Source: the human T2T-CHM13v2.0 reference genome, Homo sapiens. From it: DNA of 64,000 nucleotides. Numbering within the stretch: the stretch's first letter is position 1; every line of letters begins with the position of its first letter. Positions 1 to 12,386 of the stretch are shown piece by piece. The stretch lies in assembly GCF_009914755.1 (NCBI RefSeq), contig NC_060943.1. The stretch is one strand, 5' to 3'. Made by a program: the position numbers and the translations under genes. The notes below the pieces were generated by a model. The model was not told where the DNA came from and ran no database searches. It saw nothing but the letters and a program-made list of their open reading frames with translations.

Positions 1-235
<235 letters not shown>

Positions 236-584
236 TTAAAGCCTGAACAAGGTCACTAAAGGTGTAAATCCAGACTTCTGTCATTCATTCATTGAGCCGG
301 TTTCACTGGGCACTGCAGTATGCCGGAGCAGCAGGGAAGACAGCCATGAAAAAGGCAGCTGCCCCCACCCTCAAGAGGGACCAAGGGCCATAGACTGCTC
401 TAAGGTGCTGAGAGCATGCCCATCTATACTACTGGAATAGTGAGTGGATGAACTGGCTTCTGGCTGTGTCTTAGAAAATCACCTGGGGGCTTTTAAAAAT
501 ACTGATGTGCAGATTCCATCTCACTTTGCAGAGATTCTGATTTAATTTAGCATTTTCGTGGCAGGAGCCATGGACATCATAACT

Positions 585-927
<343 letters not shown>

Positions 928-936
928 TAAGCATAA

Positions 937-1008
937 CACAGTCAGTTACAGATCCAACTCCTTCTTCTCCTCTTTTCCCCCTTCTAACTACTGCACTTGA
1001 CTAGTTTT
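937..1008 (+). pseudogene. 5'-truncated Y1 RNA (RNY1) retropseudogene
   Basis: cacagtcagttacagatccaactcc...ctactgcacttgactagtttt matches the 3' two-thirds of hY1; A-rich tail; near-identical flanks aagcataac/aagtataac (TSD). Confidence 0.85.
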
Positions 1009-1199
1009 ATAAATAAATAAGTATAACATATGTTCAGGAAAGGCCGCACATCACAAGTGCACAGCTCAATGAATTTTCAAACTGTACAAAGCGTGTCACT
1101 AGCATCCTAATCCATAAATGAAAGTTTAGACCAGTCCCTAAAGAGCGCCTTCATGACCCCACTCTGTAACCATCTTCCAGAAGCCCCCAACTCTCCTTA

Positions 1200-1350
1200 T
1201 TTTTTTTTTTCAGAGGGAGAGAAAGGGGTAGAGATGGAATCTCACTATGTTGCCCAGGCTGATCTCGAACTCCTGGGCTCAAGCGATCCCCCCAGCTCCA
1301 GCTCAGCCTCCCAAAGTGCTGGGATCACAGGCGTGAGCCACTACACCCGG
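1200..1350 (-). mobile_element. Alu monomer (FLAM-like)
   Basis: tagagatggaatctcactatgttgcccaggctgatctcgaactcctgggctcaagcgatcc...gagccactacacccggcc. Confidence 0.75.
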
Positions 1351-1444
1351 CCTCTCCTGACTTCTAACTCCCCCTACCCTCTCCTCCCCCAGATGCCCCG
1401 CCCCCACCCGAGGCCCCGCCCCCAGGCCGGCCACCACTTCTCAC

Positions 1445-1583
1445 CCGACAGCACCACCTCCACCAGGTCGCCCTCCTGGATGTCTCCGGACGAGCGCACC
1501 AGCTGCAGGAGGTTGGCCGACGTGGGGTCATGTTTGAAAAGCAGGATCTTGTCGTAAAGGCCGTAGAAGCCACACTCAGGGAA
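1445..1583 (-). CDS. PRKD2: Protein kinase D2 coding exon 2 (139 nt; [46 protein letters not shown])
   Basis: ccctcag acceptor and G|gtgaga donor; in frame with exon 1; recognisable PKD N-terminal ubiquitin-like domain. The rest of the gene lies left of the window. Confidence 0.95.
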
Positions 1584-2059
1584 CTGAGGGGCGGGAGAGG
1601 GATGTGGCGACGGAAAAGCTCAGAGCCGCCTTCAGCAGCGGGCGGACTGTGACCCTCCCAGGGCAGGGCCGGCTGTTTCCCCCGGAAACGCAGAGACCCC
1701 GCAGGCCCTCGCTTCCTGCCTGCCCCCTCCCAACCCCAGCGCGAGCCGGGCAGGATGCCAGCGCCCCAATTGTACGGGGAGGGGGCGCCGGCGTGGGTTT
1801 GGTGGCTGGAAGGGGGAGCTGGGGTGGGAGGGAGAGTGGCTCCGGGAGCGTGGACACCTCGAATTTTCCGGAACCTGGCGGAGGTGGGAGGGGATGCTGA
1901 ATGAACACTCCTTCCCCTGTGCCTCCTCCCCAGGCTCACACACCCGCCCCCCAGCTTCCTTCCTGGATCTGTCTATTGTTGTCCCAGTTACCTGGCTCCA
2001 GGCCCAGCACTGGGGTGGGGCGAGCTGGAAGGAGGACTTTTCGGGGCTCCTGGGAAAGT

Positions 2060-2078
2060 GGGGGGGGGGGGGGGGGGG
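2060..2078 (+). repeat. G19 homopolymer in PRKD2 intron 1
   Basis: 19 consecutive G. Confidence 0.9.
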
Positions 2079-2599
2079 CCGGGGGACTTGGACTCGAGGG
2101 CGCTGGAGATAAGGAGGGCGCCTGCCACCCAATGCTCAAAGGACCCAGGTGTCTGGGTCCTCAGCTTTGGGGGCCTGGGGGCAGGAAATGAAACCTAGTA
2201 GAACAGAAAGTGAAACTGCCCCGGTGGGGCCTCGGGAAGGAAGGTACGCGGCCCTAACACACCTGGACCTGGCAGAAAAATAAAACTGGGGTGAAGCCTG
2301 AGCGGGGCAGGCTGGGGACTTGAGCACTGGACAAAGAAGTTCACCCAAGGGACAATCTGCCCCCGTACCCCCACTGCCACCAGCTTCCCATGAAGTGGGC
2401 TGAGTTGGGGTGGTGAGCTGGGCCTGCGGGATTTAGGCATTTGGTGGGCAAAACCCTATCAGTTCTCACTGCTAAGAGAGAGTCCACAGAAGACCAGGAC
2501 TGCCTTGGCCCTGACCCCTTGGGAAGTTTTTCTCTAAGCTTCAGTTTCCTTGTCTGTAGAATGGGGGAGCTGGCCCAGTTCCCCACGTTTCTCTGATGC

Positions 2600-3070
2600 C
2601 CAAAGGATTCATTTCCAGGAGTCTGAAAAGATTCTGGAATTTGGATATTTTGGGACTCCAACATGCTCACATTATAGAATTATACATTCTAGATTCCTAC
2701 CTGGTATCACTATACATTTTAGGATTTCAATAACCTAAATAAGCGGTAATCTAATATTTTAATATTCTAGGAGTCTGACAAGCTAGGACTGTGCTCTTTG
2801 AATTCTTTAGCATTCAAGGACCTCATCCATCCAGCATTCTAAAATTCTAACATTTTAACTTTCTAGGATTCAACAATCTAGGAATCTAATATTCCAGCAT
2901 TTTAATGTTTTACTATTTCACAAACCTAGAATTCTAATATTTGAACACGAACATGGGGGCAATTTAATTGCCTAGGATGCATATTCCAACAAGTTATGAT
3001 TCTAATATTCTAACATTTCTACAGTCCAGTACTCCAACACAGAAGCCCACTATTCTTTTAACATTTCACG
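2600..3070. repeat. Degenerate AT-rich octamer repeat (ATTCTARN)n
   Basis: From 2836: attctaaa attctaac attttaac tttctagg attcaac aatctagg aatctaat attccagc attttaat. Confidence 0.65.
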
Positions 3071-3720
3071 GTTTAGACGTGGAGTTCCACCTGGTTTCCT
3101 CTTGCCATAACACCCAGCTGCCCACCCTGGGGACCCTGGTGTCCAAAATTAAGAGTAGGCTAACAGCACTGTGACTAGGAAAGGGAATAGAGTCCCCAGG
3201 GTCTGTAGGAGTGCCTGCCCCTCCACACATATCTCAGGCTTAGGGGAGGGCAGAATTGGGCTCCGAGACCTCACTTGCCCCTGGCAGCTAACTCAAGCAC
3301 CTGCACCCACACATGTCACCGGATCACCATGGCCAGCCCGGGTTCAATTTCTCCTGTTTCCACCAAATGGGAGGCCCGGGATGGGCCTGGACGTGGAGGT
3401 CCGCCGACATCTGCTGCCCCTTCCTCCCCTCTCTACACCTGGCTGGCCCCTCCCTTCCTCCCTGTTTGCTGCAGAAAACAACGACATGCAGGGACATGAA
3501 ATTTGGGGAGGCCTCTGGGGCACCCCACCCCTGCCCAGTCCTCTCTCAAAGGGATGGTGGGGAGAGGGGCAATGGAGGGGGGCAATGCCCCCTATCCCTC
3601 CATCACCCAAAGCTCAGGTCTCCTTCCTCCCTCTTCCGCACACCAGGCCCCAGACCCCTCTGCCAGCGCCCCCTCCTTCAACCTCTCCCCGAGCTGGATC
3701 CAGGGAGCCTGCGCCCTCAC

Positions 3721-3960
3721 CTTCTGGTCCACGATGGAACAGGCCAGCTGCTTCACATGAGCCAGCTCGGAGGCGGCGGGCAACAGCACGAACTCGCGGG
3801 TCAGCCCGATCTGGATGTGAAAGGAGACCCCGGAACCCGGGGCCGGGATCTGGGGCAGTAGCGGTGGCGGCGACTGCAGCTCTAGGCCGCCGGGGGGCGG
3901 AGGAGACCCCGGCCCGGGAGAGCCAGGGAGCCCGGCGGGATAAGAGGGGGCGGTGGCCAT
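3721..3960 (-). CDS. PRKD2: Protein kinase D2 first coding exon (240 nt; [25 protein letters not shown]...ACSIVDQK)
   Basis: ATG at 3960; AAG|gtgagg donor at 3720; recognisable PKD2 N-terminus. Confidence 0.96.
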
Positions 3961-4125
3961 GGGGGGAGGCCGGGGACCGGCCGCCTGGAGCCCACCCGGG
4001 ACCCGGCCGGGGGGCCCCGGGGGACCCTGGGTTCTAGATCCGCGGGATCTCGTGAGCAGGTGGTGGGAGAGCGGGGATCCGAGAAAAGATCTGGCAGGCG
4101 GAGGGGACCTGAGGATGGCGGGGTC

Positions 4126-4404
4126 CTGGGAAGGAGAGAAAGGCACTATAGTGGGTCAGAGGCCCGGAATCCAGGGCTCCCAGAAGATCAGAAAGGAGAA
4201 AAGTAGTGGGTTGGAGGTCCCAGCGATTGAGATTCCAAGAAGCCTGAGAGGAAATCTAGTAGGTCGGGGTCACAGGGATCAGGAGAGCCCGCGATTCAAA
4301 GGCCCCTTCCCTAGAGGAGGGATTGAGAAGGGGGCAGAGGGAATCCCAGGATCCAGTGCTCCAAGAAGAGGATCCCACTCAGAAGGCGGCCCGGGGGAAT
4401 TCAC
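4126..4404 (-). other. PRKD2: Predicted optional intron in the PRKD2 5' leader
   Basis: Minus-strand donor AAG|gtgaat (exon ends 4405) and strong acceptor gcctttctctccttcccag|GACCCC (exon starts 4125). Confidence 0.55.
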
Positions 4405-4599
4405 CTTGGGGGTGGAGGGCAGGAGTCTCTGAGTCGGGGACCGAGTGGATTCCAGAGATAAAGGGGTTCGCAGGGACCCGACCGGCCAGGGGATGGGCAG
4501 AGGGGTCCCGAGGGCCGGAGTGGGTAGAAGGGAATCTCACGAGTCGCAGAAGTTGGAGAAAAGTTCGGTCGGGAGCCGTGAGGAAGGGGGCGTTGCCGG

Positions 4600-5250
4600 A
4601 GCGGGGTTGGGTGGGGGGCAGGGAGGGTCGCCAGGCGCCAGTAGCTCTTTTTCCCCCTCCAAAGTTTAAGTCGGCGGCGGCGGCGGCGGCCCAGGAGGAA
4701 GTGTCCGGAGCGACAGTGCAGTCGACCAATCGGCGCGGGCCTCGGCGACGTCAGAGAGGGGCGGAGCCTGCCGAGGGGCCGGGGGCGGAAGGGGAGGGTG
4801 GGCCCGGGGCCTCCGAGTTGGGGGCTGGACCTCCGCCTCCAGGGTCCGGGACAAGGGATGGTGTGAGGGATGGAGGGCAGGCAGGCGAGACCAGTTCCTT
4901 CCCTGAACACAGCCAAGCCTGGAAAGTTAACTTTTCCCTCGGCTGGACAGGGAGGGGAAACACTATCACCCACCGCCGGTCGCAGGCGTCGGGCTTGGAG
5001 GCCACTGGCCCTTTAAGGAGGGGAGCCCTCTCCGGCAGGCGTCCGGCGCCCATGGCAGGGGACGGGTGGGAAATCGGTATCAGGTCCCGGCCCGCTCTCT
5101 GGGTTCGGCCTCTCTGTTCTCCGAGCGTCACCCCTGCCCTCCCCGCCGCGTCCCAGCCCAGGGAAGGGGGTGCTGCAGAGCGTCCCCCGGCCCCAGCCCA
5201 TTTAACACATGGAAAGACCGAGGCCTCCAGATGGGTAGGAAGGGGCTCGC
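4600..5250 (-). promoter_or_regulatory. PRKD2: PRKD2 CpG-island promoter (TSS estimated near 4700)
   Basis: CpG-rich; (GGC)n 4672-4690, ETS GGAAGT 4697-4702, CCAAT 4726-4730, CRE-like CGACGTCA 4746-4753, GC box GGGGCGGAGC 4758-4767. Confidence 0.75.
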
Positions 5251-7099
5251 CTTAGGTCTCTCTCCAGCGATGGTGGGCAAGGTGCATGGCGCTAACTGGA
5301 TGGGTGGGGAGGGTCCATCCCCCCGCCCACCCCAACCCCGCCTTAGGATAGTGTGGGGCTGCCCCGAGGGAGGACAGCACACCCATACCACTTCATAGAT
5401 GCAGAGTGTGTCTCCTGGGGATGTGGAGTACGTGTGCGTGTCTTTCTCTCCATGTGACTTTAGGTGAGTGGCTTCTCTGTGAGCCTCAGTCCCTCCATCT
5501 GTTGGGACTGTAATAGGACTGACCCCACATGGGATGGTGGGAGCCGATGCCATGGTATACTGGTGCCTGGAAACGCAGCAGTTCAGTAAGAGGTGGTTGT
5601 CTCTGATAATACGCGGAAAGGGGTGGCCACCTCCAGCACTCAGGCTTTGATGGGTGGGCACACCCATTCAGTCACCCAGCAAGTATCTGTGAGGACCTAC
5701 TGGGTGCTGGGTGGGCCCTGCTGTAAAACTCCAGCCGCTACAGGGGTCAGGCTTGATCTCTCCTCCCCAGCTAATAATCAAATAGTGGCTACCATTTAGT
5801 TTACACAGAATAAGCTGAAGCCTCAGAGAAGCAAAACGTCTTGCCCAAGATCCCAGAGTGAAGTTGCTTGAGGGAAGCTGCCCCACCCACCCCTTTGATT
5901 GACAAGTCAAGGCCTAGGTTTGAGCTCTAAGAGAAGGGCCACCTGTCTGGCTGGGATGCTGGCAGGACTGGAAATGGCAGGGCTGGCTGAGGATGGGGGC
6001 TGCCAGAAGAGCCCCTCTTCCTGGTGTACGGCCGTTGGGGGTAGCTGAGGTCGGTACAGTATCGATTCTGTCACCACATCCGGGGGCTGGGGCTGAGGAA
6101 GGAAGTCTGAGGCTGGAGTGAAAACCCAAACCACCACCTGGGGAACTGCATTGAGCCCAGAGGGATGGGCAGGGAGCACACCACGTGGAGCCCACGAAGG
6201 CTCCCCTTGGCGTCATCTAAGGGCCTCCTGCCCACCTGCACCCTTTTTCCTGAAGGGCAGATGACTGTCCCAGCAAAACGCTGCCATGTCCTGAGTGTCC
6301 AGACAGCGGCCTCCATCCTTTCTCGTATGTTCACTGGGGCCTGCTGGGGGACTGGGGCACAGCCCTTTACAACCCAGGAACTGGGCATTAGTGCCCTGTG
6401 GCAGAGGTGCTAGGATTACCGAGGACGCCTGGCTGGTAGGTGGTGGAAGCCTCCTCGAGACAGGAGCAGCGGTCCCCTCCGTCTCATCTGGAGCATGTGG
6501 ACACCTGCTCCCTCTTTTTAAGGCTGTGGACCCAGTGAAATGCCATGTAAAGCACTCAGTACAGTAGACACGGACCACTGAGAAGGGAAAGGAGGGACGC
6601 ATCAGGACATGAGCCACGAGGGCTCGGGCACCTGCGGCACCTCCTCCCAGCATGGAGGAGCCTGCGCCCCAAAGCCATCATCCTCCACTGGCAGGTGCAG
6701 CCTTTTCCCTCCCTGCTCCTTGTGGGCCTGGGATGGGAACAGGAAGGGGGTTTACGTCCTCTGGGCACCAGCCCTTTGGCCTCGCCACCACCCTCACACA
6801 TCCCAGGCGGGGCTGAGGCTTCAGCTGGACTGTCATCATAGTATCTGCTCCCCAGGGCTCTACCCCTGGGGAGGGAGCACTTAGGGACAGAAAGGGCACA
6901 AGGAGATTCGGTCCAGTGCCTCCACTTCTCTCCACCCACACCCCACCCAAGCTCTGGGCCCGTCTCCGGCCCCTGCTGCCCTACCACAAAACCCCAACCC
7001 ATCATATCCCCTCTCTCCAAACTCCACCCAACCCAGGCAGAGCCGGTCACTCCTCCCCCAAAGTCCCCAGTGCCCTCAACAGATGGCACCGTCACCCAT

Positions 7100-7928
7100 C
7101 TTACTCCAAAGGGTTTATTGAGACAAGTTTTCACATACAAGATGGGGACAGAGGGGTTGGGGCTTATAAACAGGAACCTGGAAGGGGACCGAGGGTGCAG
7201 GGTAGAACCAAACAAGAGAGTGAAATAAATAGAGGGAAAGAGTGGAGACAGGGAGGAGACTGACTGAGACCATCACACAGTGATAATGCGGGTGGGGCGG
7301 CGCCATGAAAATCCCGTTATTTATACAGATATACAGGGAGTTCAGGGGGACCCGAGGCCCACTCCACCCTCCATGCCCCAGGGAGGGGCACAAGAAAGCC
7401 GTCTCTACCCATGGGCGACCCCATGGGGCGCTGGGAGGGCTGCCCTAGGAGTGTTGGGCAATCCCTGGCCTGGAAGCCTTGGTTAGTGTCTGGAAAGCAG
7501 TGGAGAGGGCCGGAGGGGAGGGGCAGCCAGGCCGGGGCTCAGCTCTGAGGCTCCCGGCTGCCACCCTTTCTCCCAGCACAGCTCCTGCCCAGGTCTGGGA
7601 GGATGGGGGATGGGGGAGCAGGAGCTCAAGGGGAGAACCTGGCACCTTCTGGAGTCTTGGAAAAACTGATCCCTAAAGACACCCGGCCCTGGCTGTGCTG
7701 CCCTCTGGAAAGCAGCTCTGATACCAGGAGCGGCTGTCAGGGCACAGGGGGAAACCCCGAGGCCATCCTCGGGGGTGATTCCTGAAAGGGGCCCATCCCC
7801 AGGCTGGATGCTTGGGGAAGGCAGCCGTTGGGGAGGGATTCCTGGGGAAAGGGCCGTTAGCACCACCAGGCTCCACGGCAAACAGACAGAGGCCAGGCCT
7901 CTGCACCTCCAGCGAGGCTGGGAGTCCC
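7100..7928 (-). other. STRN4: STRN4 non-coding last exon (exon 18, 3'UTR)
   Basis: Acceptor ctcccctcccttctctttcccgcag|GGGACT at 7929; pairs with donor GAG|gtgagg at 8125; ends at the AATAAA. Confidence 0.8.
7114..7119 (-). terminator. STRN4: STRN4 polyadenylation signal AATAAA
   Basis: tttatt on the plus strand at the end of the last exon; cleavage expected near 7095-7101. Confidence 0.8.
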
Positions 7929-8191
7929 CTGCGGGAAAGAGAAGGGAGGGGAGACTGAGCCGCCGCCTCTAGGGCGCCTCTAAGGCCTCAACCCCTCCCC
8001 TGCATGCCCAGGGCTCCCCCAGTGATTCTCACAGGACGCCCCTGACTGGACTGCGGGGCTCAGCACACCTGGCAGTACTAGGCATGGGCGTGCAGAGACT
8101 CAGAATGCGGGGTTTCTGCCCTCACCTCAGCCCCACCTGCCCGGCCCTACACCCCAGCCAGCGTGGCGGCCAGGGCAGGGCCAGGTGGGCA

Positions 8192-8361
8192 TCATACGAA
8201 GACCTTGGCCAGGGCATCAGCGCCAGCACTGGCAATGAGGGCCTTGCTGGGGTGGCAGGCAACAGCGTGGATGGCCTCCTCGTGCTTCTTGCGGTGGGCC
8301 GTGATCTCCTGCACGCACGTTTTGTTGTCCAGGCTCCAGAGACGCAGGGAGCAGTCATGGC
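8192..8361 (-). CDS. STRN4: STRN4 exon 17 coding part (HDCSLRLWSLDNKTC...DALAKVFV*); exon continues to 8126
   Basis: cag acceptor at 8362; last WD40 repeat; TGA at 8194-8192; total spliced CDS 2262 nt. Confidence 0.95.
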
Positions 8362-9575
8362 CTGCACATGTGTCGGGGACAGAAGGGGTGGTCACTGGGC
8401 TCCTCGCTCAGACGCAGCCCTGGAACCCCTCACCTGGCCTTGTCCAAAGGCCTCAGGGGAAGTGGGGCTCAACTCTCCTCTCTCACCCTCTGCTCATCAC
8501 CTCCTGTGGCCCGCCCAAAGGAGAACCCTGGTCCCCTCCTGTCCACAGTCCATCTCATCCCCCAGCATTTCTTGAGCAGCTACTGCACACTGAGCCCCAG
8601 GGCGGCAGGGGCAGTGAACAAAACAGGCAACTCTCCCTGCCCCGCAGCATTGACGCTGCAGCTGGGCAACAGGAAGAGAAAGAAGAAAGCAACCCAGCCG
8701 GTCAGTGTGAGGACAGAATGGCCCCAGGAGGAATGCAGGGAGCCTTCCAGGCAGAAGGACAGGCGGGAAAGGTCCTGAGGCAGGAGGTGGGGGTGGCCAC
8801 AAGAGCCTTAGCAGGGGCTTGGGGAGAAGAGGGGAGAGGACGGCAGGCTGGGCAGGGCCCTGGCGAGGAGAAGTTTAATTTAGGGTCAAGAGGATCAGGC
8901 AGGGCAAAGGCTCAGCTCCCTCCACTGTCTAGTGGCCCCTAGAATAGAGCCCTGTCTGGGCACTGGGCTGGAGCTCACTGACCAGCCCCTCACCCACCAG
9001 AGGCTGCCAGCACAGGCCCGGAGGCAGAGCCCAGCCACAGCCTCCAACACCACGGCCTGCGCCTCTGTGCACACACACTCACTGCTGCACTCACTGCAGG
9101 CCTCACCCTTCACCCCCACAGCGACCTCCAGTCTCCTTCTCCACCCACCCACGTCACACTCCATCCCTTCTAAGCACAGCCACGTTGCTGGCCTCAATGC
9201 CCTTATCCAGAGACAACAGGGTGGGAGCACAGAAGTCCCACGGGTACCCCCAGGTAGACCTGGACTGATGTTACAGAGCTTCAATGGCCAAGTTACAAAG
9301 CGTCTGGGCATCAGGGCCCACATCTGTAAACTGGGGATCAAAGTACCAACCGCACAGGCTGCTTAGAGGCCGAATGAGACGATGCAGCTCCAGTGACCCA
9401 GAGGAGGGCCCCAGCGGACTGTGCTGCCCCCTATGGTCACCACGGTCATTCCCGCCCAGACCAGCCTCCCCCAGCCCTGGCCCCCGGGGCCCCCTGAGCA
9501 CTTGCCTGGAGCCAGTGCCCAGGCCTCTTCCTCCCCTTCTCCCCAACCCTGGTGGGACTAGTGTGCTCAACTTAC

Positions 9576-9662
9576 TTCCTGACATCAGGAATGCGCCGTT
9601 GGGGTCCACGGCTAGGCAGGTGACTGCGTCCAGGTGTGCAACCATGGAGTGCACCGGCTTAC
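9576..9662 (-). CDS. STRN4: STRN4 exon 16 (87 nt; KPVHSMVAHLDAVTCLAVDPNGAFLMSG)
   Basis: cag acceptor, gtaagt donor, WD40 sequence, frame consistent. Confidence 0.95.
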
Positions 9663-9831
9663 CTGAGGCGAGAAGGGCGGGTGGCAGGTTCCCCTCCCAC
9701 TCTGGGCCTCGCCTGAGAGAGTGAAAGGACTGGACGAGAGACTCCCAGAGCCTCCCACAGGGACGCAAGCATCTCTGCTGCCTGCCTCTGGCCCTCCCCA
9801 CCCACTACGAGCACAAGGGGCTAGGCCTCAC

Positions 9832-9930
9832 CTGTCCGATTGTCCAGGAAGCGGATGCCCCTGTCGTCGTGGGCGGTGATGGTGAGAGGCTGGTTTGGAT
9901 GACTCACCACTTGGTTGATCTGGGTTGGAC
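9832..9930 (-). CDS. STRN4: STRN4 exon 15 (99 nt; PTQINQVVSHPNQPLTITAHDDRGIRFLDNRT)
   Basis: ttcag acceptor, gtgagg donor, WD40 sequence. Confidence 0.95.
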
Positions 9931-10400
9931 CTGAAGGAAAACGCAGGAAGAGGGAAGGATGTCAAGCAGAAAATCAGGAAGACCAGAACAGAGGCACAAG
10001 CGCAGCGTGACAGCCCCTACACCAGCCTCTGCCTGGATGTCGAGGGGGGCTGGGCGAGGGCACTCCGGTCCCCGACCGCAGCGCTGGTTCTGCACAAGCA
10101 GCCCCTGGGCCCTGTTTTGGGGCTGGGGGAAGAGGAATAACAAACATGAACACATTCCGCCACTCTACCAAGAGGGCCCGACGGGGCGGCCCTGACGCGC
10201 TCTCCCCACTCAGCCCCGCCAGTGCCCTGGCTGTGAGGGCCGGGGGCCCTCCACTGGGACCCAACTTCCTTCCTGCTCAGGGCCTGAGGGTGCAGGGGAG
10301 TCATCTGAGCTGACTGACAAGGGGTCGCCAAAGCCCCAGGAGGAAGTGGGGCCCAGAAGACACTGAGACCAATTCCATGAGCTGATGTCAGCCCCCTTAC

Positions 10401-10541
10401 CGCTGCTGCCCCGGGACTCCAGCGTGAGGAGGGCACTGCCAACCTCCATGTCATACAAGACGGTGTCGCCAGAGCGGAAGGAGGCCACGATGTGGGCAGG
10501 CTCGGTGCTGGTGAAGGCCACTGAGGTGGGGACCCCGTGCT
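10401..10541 (-). CDS. STRN4: STRN4 exon 14 (141 nt; HGVPTSVAFTSTEPAHIVASFRSGDTVLYDME...)
   Basis: cag acceptor, gtaagg donor, frame consistent. Confidence 0.95.
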
Positions 10542-10704
10542 CTGAGGGCACAGGGAAGAGAAGGCTGCTGAATGGACCCTCAGACCCAGCCCTGCCCCAG
10601 GGTGGGGGACAGTGGGTGGGAGGCCTGGGGCCTCAGCAGGAACCACTCTGATAGCCTCCAGATCCCGCACAGCTCCAGGGTGAGGCACCGGGGCCCCCAC
10701 TCAC

Positions 10705-10875
10705 CGCTGGCTGTGGGGAAGGTGCAGAGGCAGGCCGGGCTGCTGCTGCTGGGGTCCCAGATGCGGACGGTGCCATCAGCAGAACAGGAGGCCAGGCGCT
10801 GGGAGGTGGGACTGAAGGCCAGGCCCCACACGGCGTCCCCGTGGCCCTCCAGGACGTGGCTCAGCACGCTTGGGT
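10705..10875 (-). CDS. STRN4: STRN4 exon 13 (171 nt; PSVLSHVLEGHGDAVWGLAF...SADGTVRIWD)
   Basis: GH...WD repeat; cag acceptor, gtgagt donor. Confidence 0.95.
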
Positions 10876-11348
10876 CTGCACCCACCGCAGGGAGGAAATG
10901 GGCTGTGTCAGGGCTGCCAGCTCCTCCCTGGACAGCCCAGAGCCCCAGCTCTGCCAAGCCCCAGGCAGCTGGGCTCCAATCACCCACGCACCCACTTCAC
11001 ACCTGGTGCCCCTCGGAACTGTCCACTGCCAGGACAGCCCGGCAGCTGCTCACACTGCCCACTAGCTCTCCAAGGAAGGTTCTAGGGCTCCAGAAGGCAG
11101 GGATTTCCCTCTATTCACAGCTGTCTCCCCAAGCAGGGCCCAGAAACTGGGAGCTCAATACAGAATTTTTCGGGCTCCATTAAGGAAGAAGGAACAGCAT
11201 GGTTCTGTGGCCCCAGGAGCGGCACGCAGCCTGTGCTGGACAAGGGTTGGTCCCAACCCTGGCCCGAGCAGTCTTTTCAGCCCATGGCCAAGTGCATGGG
11301 CTTTGCCTGGTCTCTCCAAAGCCCCCTGGTCATTCAGAGGTCCAATCA

Positions 11349-11900
<552 letters not shown>

Positions 11901-12386
11901 TCACTTCCCTACTTAGGTCTTAGATGCTCCAAAGAGAAAGCCCCAACGCGCTCCAGCCTGGCCCAGCTAACTCCACCTTCTCTGCTTTCTCTGGACATGC
12001 CCTCCCCTCAACCACGCAGAGACCCTGGCGGATCCCCACACACAGAGTACACGGCATGGCAGAGCAGAGGCTGCCAGGGCCAGCCACGCCTGTGCATGGG
12101 CTGCTCCCAGCCTGGGCTGCCTCAGCACTGCCTTCTGGACGCCAGCTCACAGAGATTCTCAGGCAGCTTCACCACCTCCTCCCACAGCCATCATTCCCAT
12201 CCCGGCTGGCTCGTCCCTTGGCCACGCGCTGCATCGCGCTGCTCACAACAGAGCAGACAGGGGAGCCGTCACACGCACTCCTGAGGCCTGCAGTGTTGGC
12301 AAGAGGTGGACGCGACGTGTGTGTGCGTGGAGGGGACGGCCAGGCCCCAGTGGATGTGAGGGGAAGGCGGGAGGCGTTGTCCTCAC

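Noticed and set aside
3961-4146. 62-codon in-frame open extension upstream of the PRKD2 ATG
   Set aside because: Begins at a GTG within the predicted leader-intron acceptor tract; openness is expected at this GC content and nothing supports non-AUG initiation.
3171-5255. Long plus-strand ORFs (288 aa, 310 aa) over the PRKD2 5' end
   Set aside because: Stop-poor GC-rich CpG island, non-ATG starts, low-complexity G/P/R/A composition, antisense to a real exon.
9901-9910. GTG|GTGAGT inside STRN4 exon 15
   Set aside because: Would leave a 23-nt frameshifting exon; explained by Val-Val-Ser codons and has no other support.
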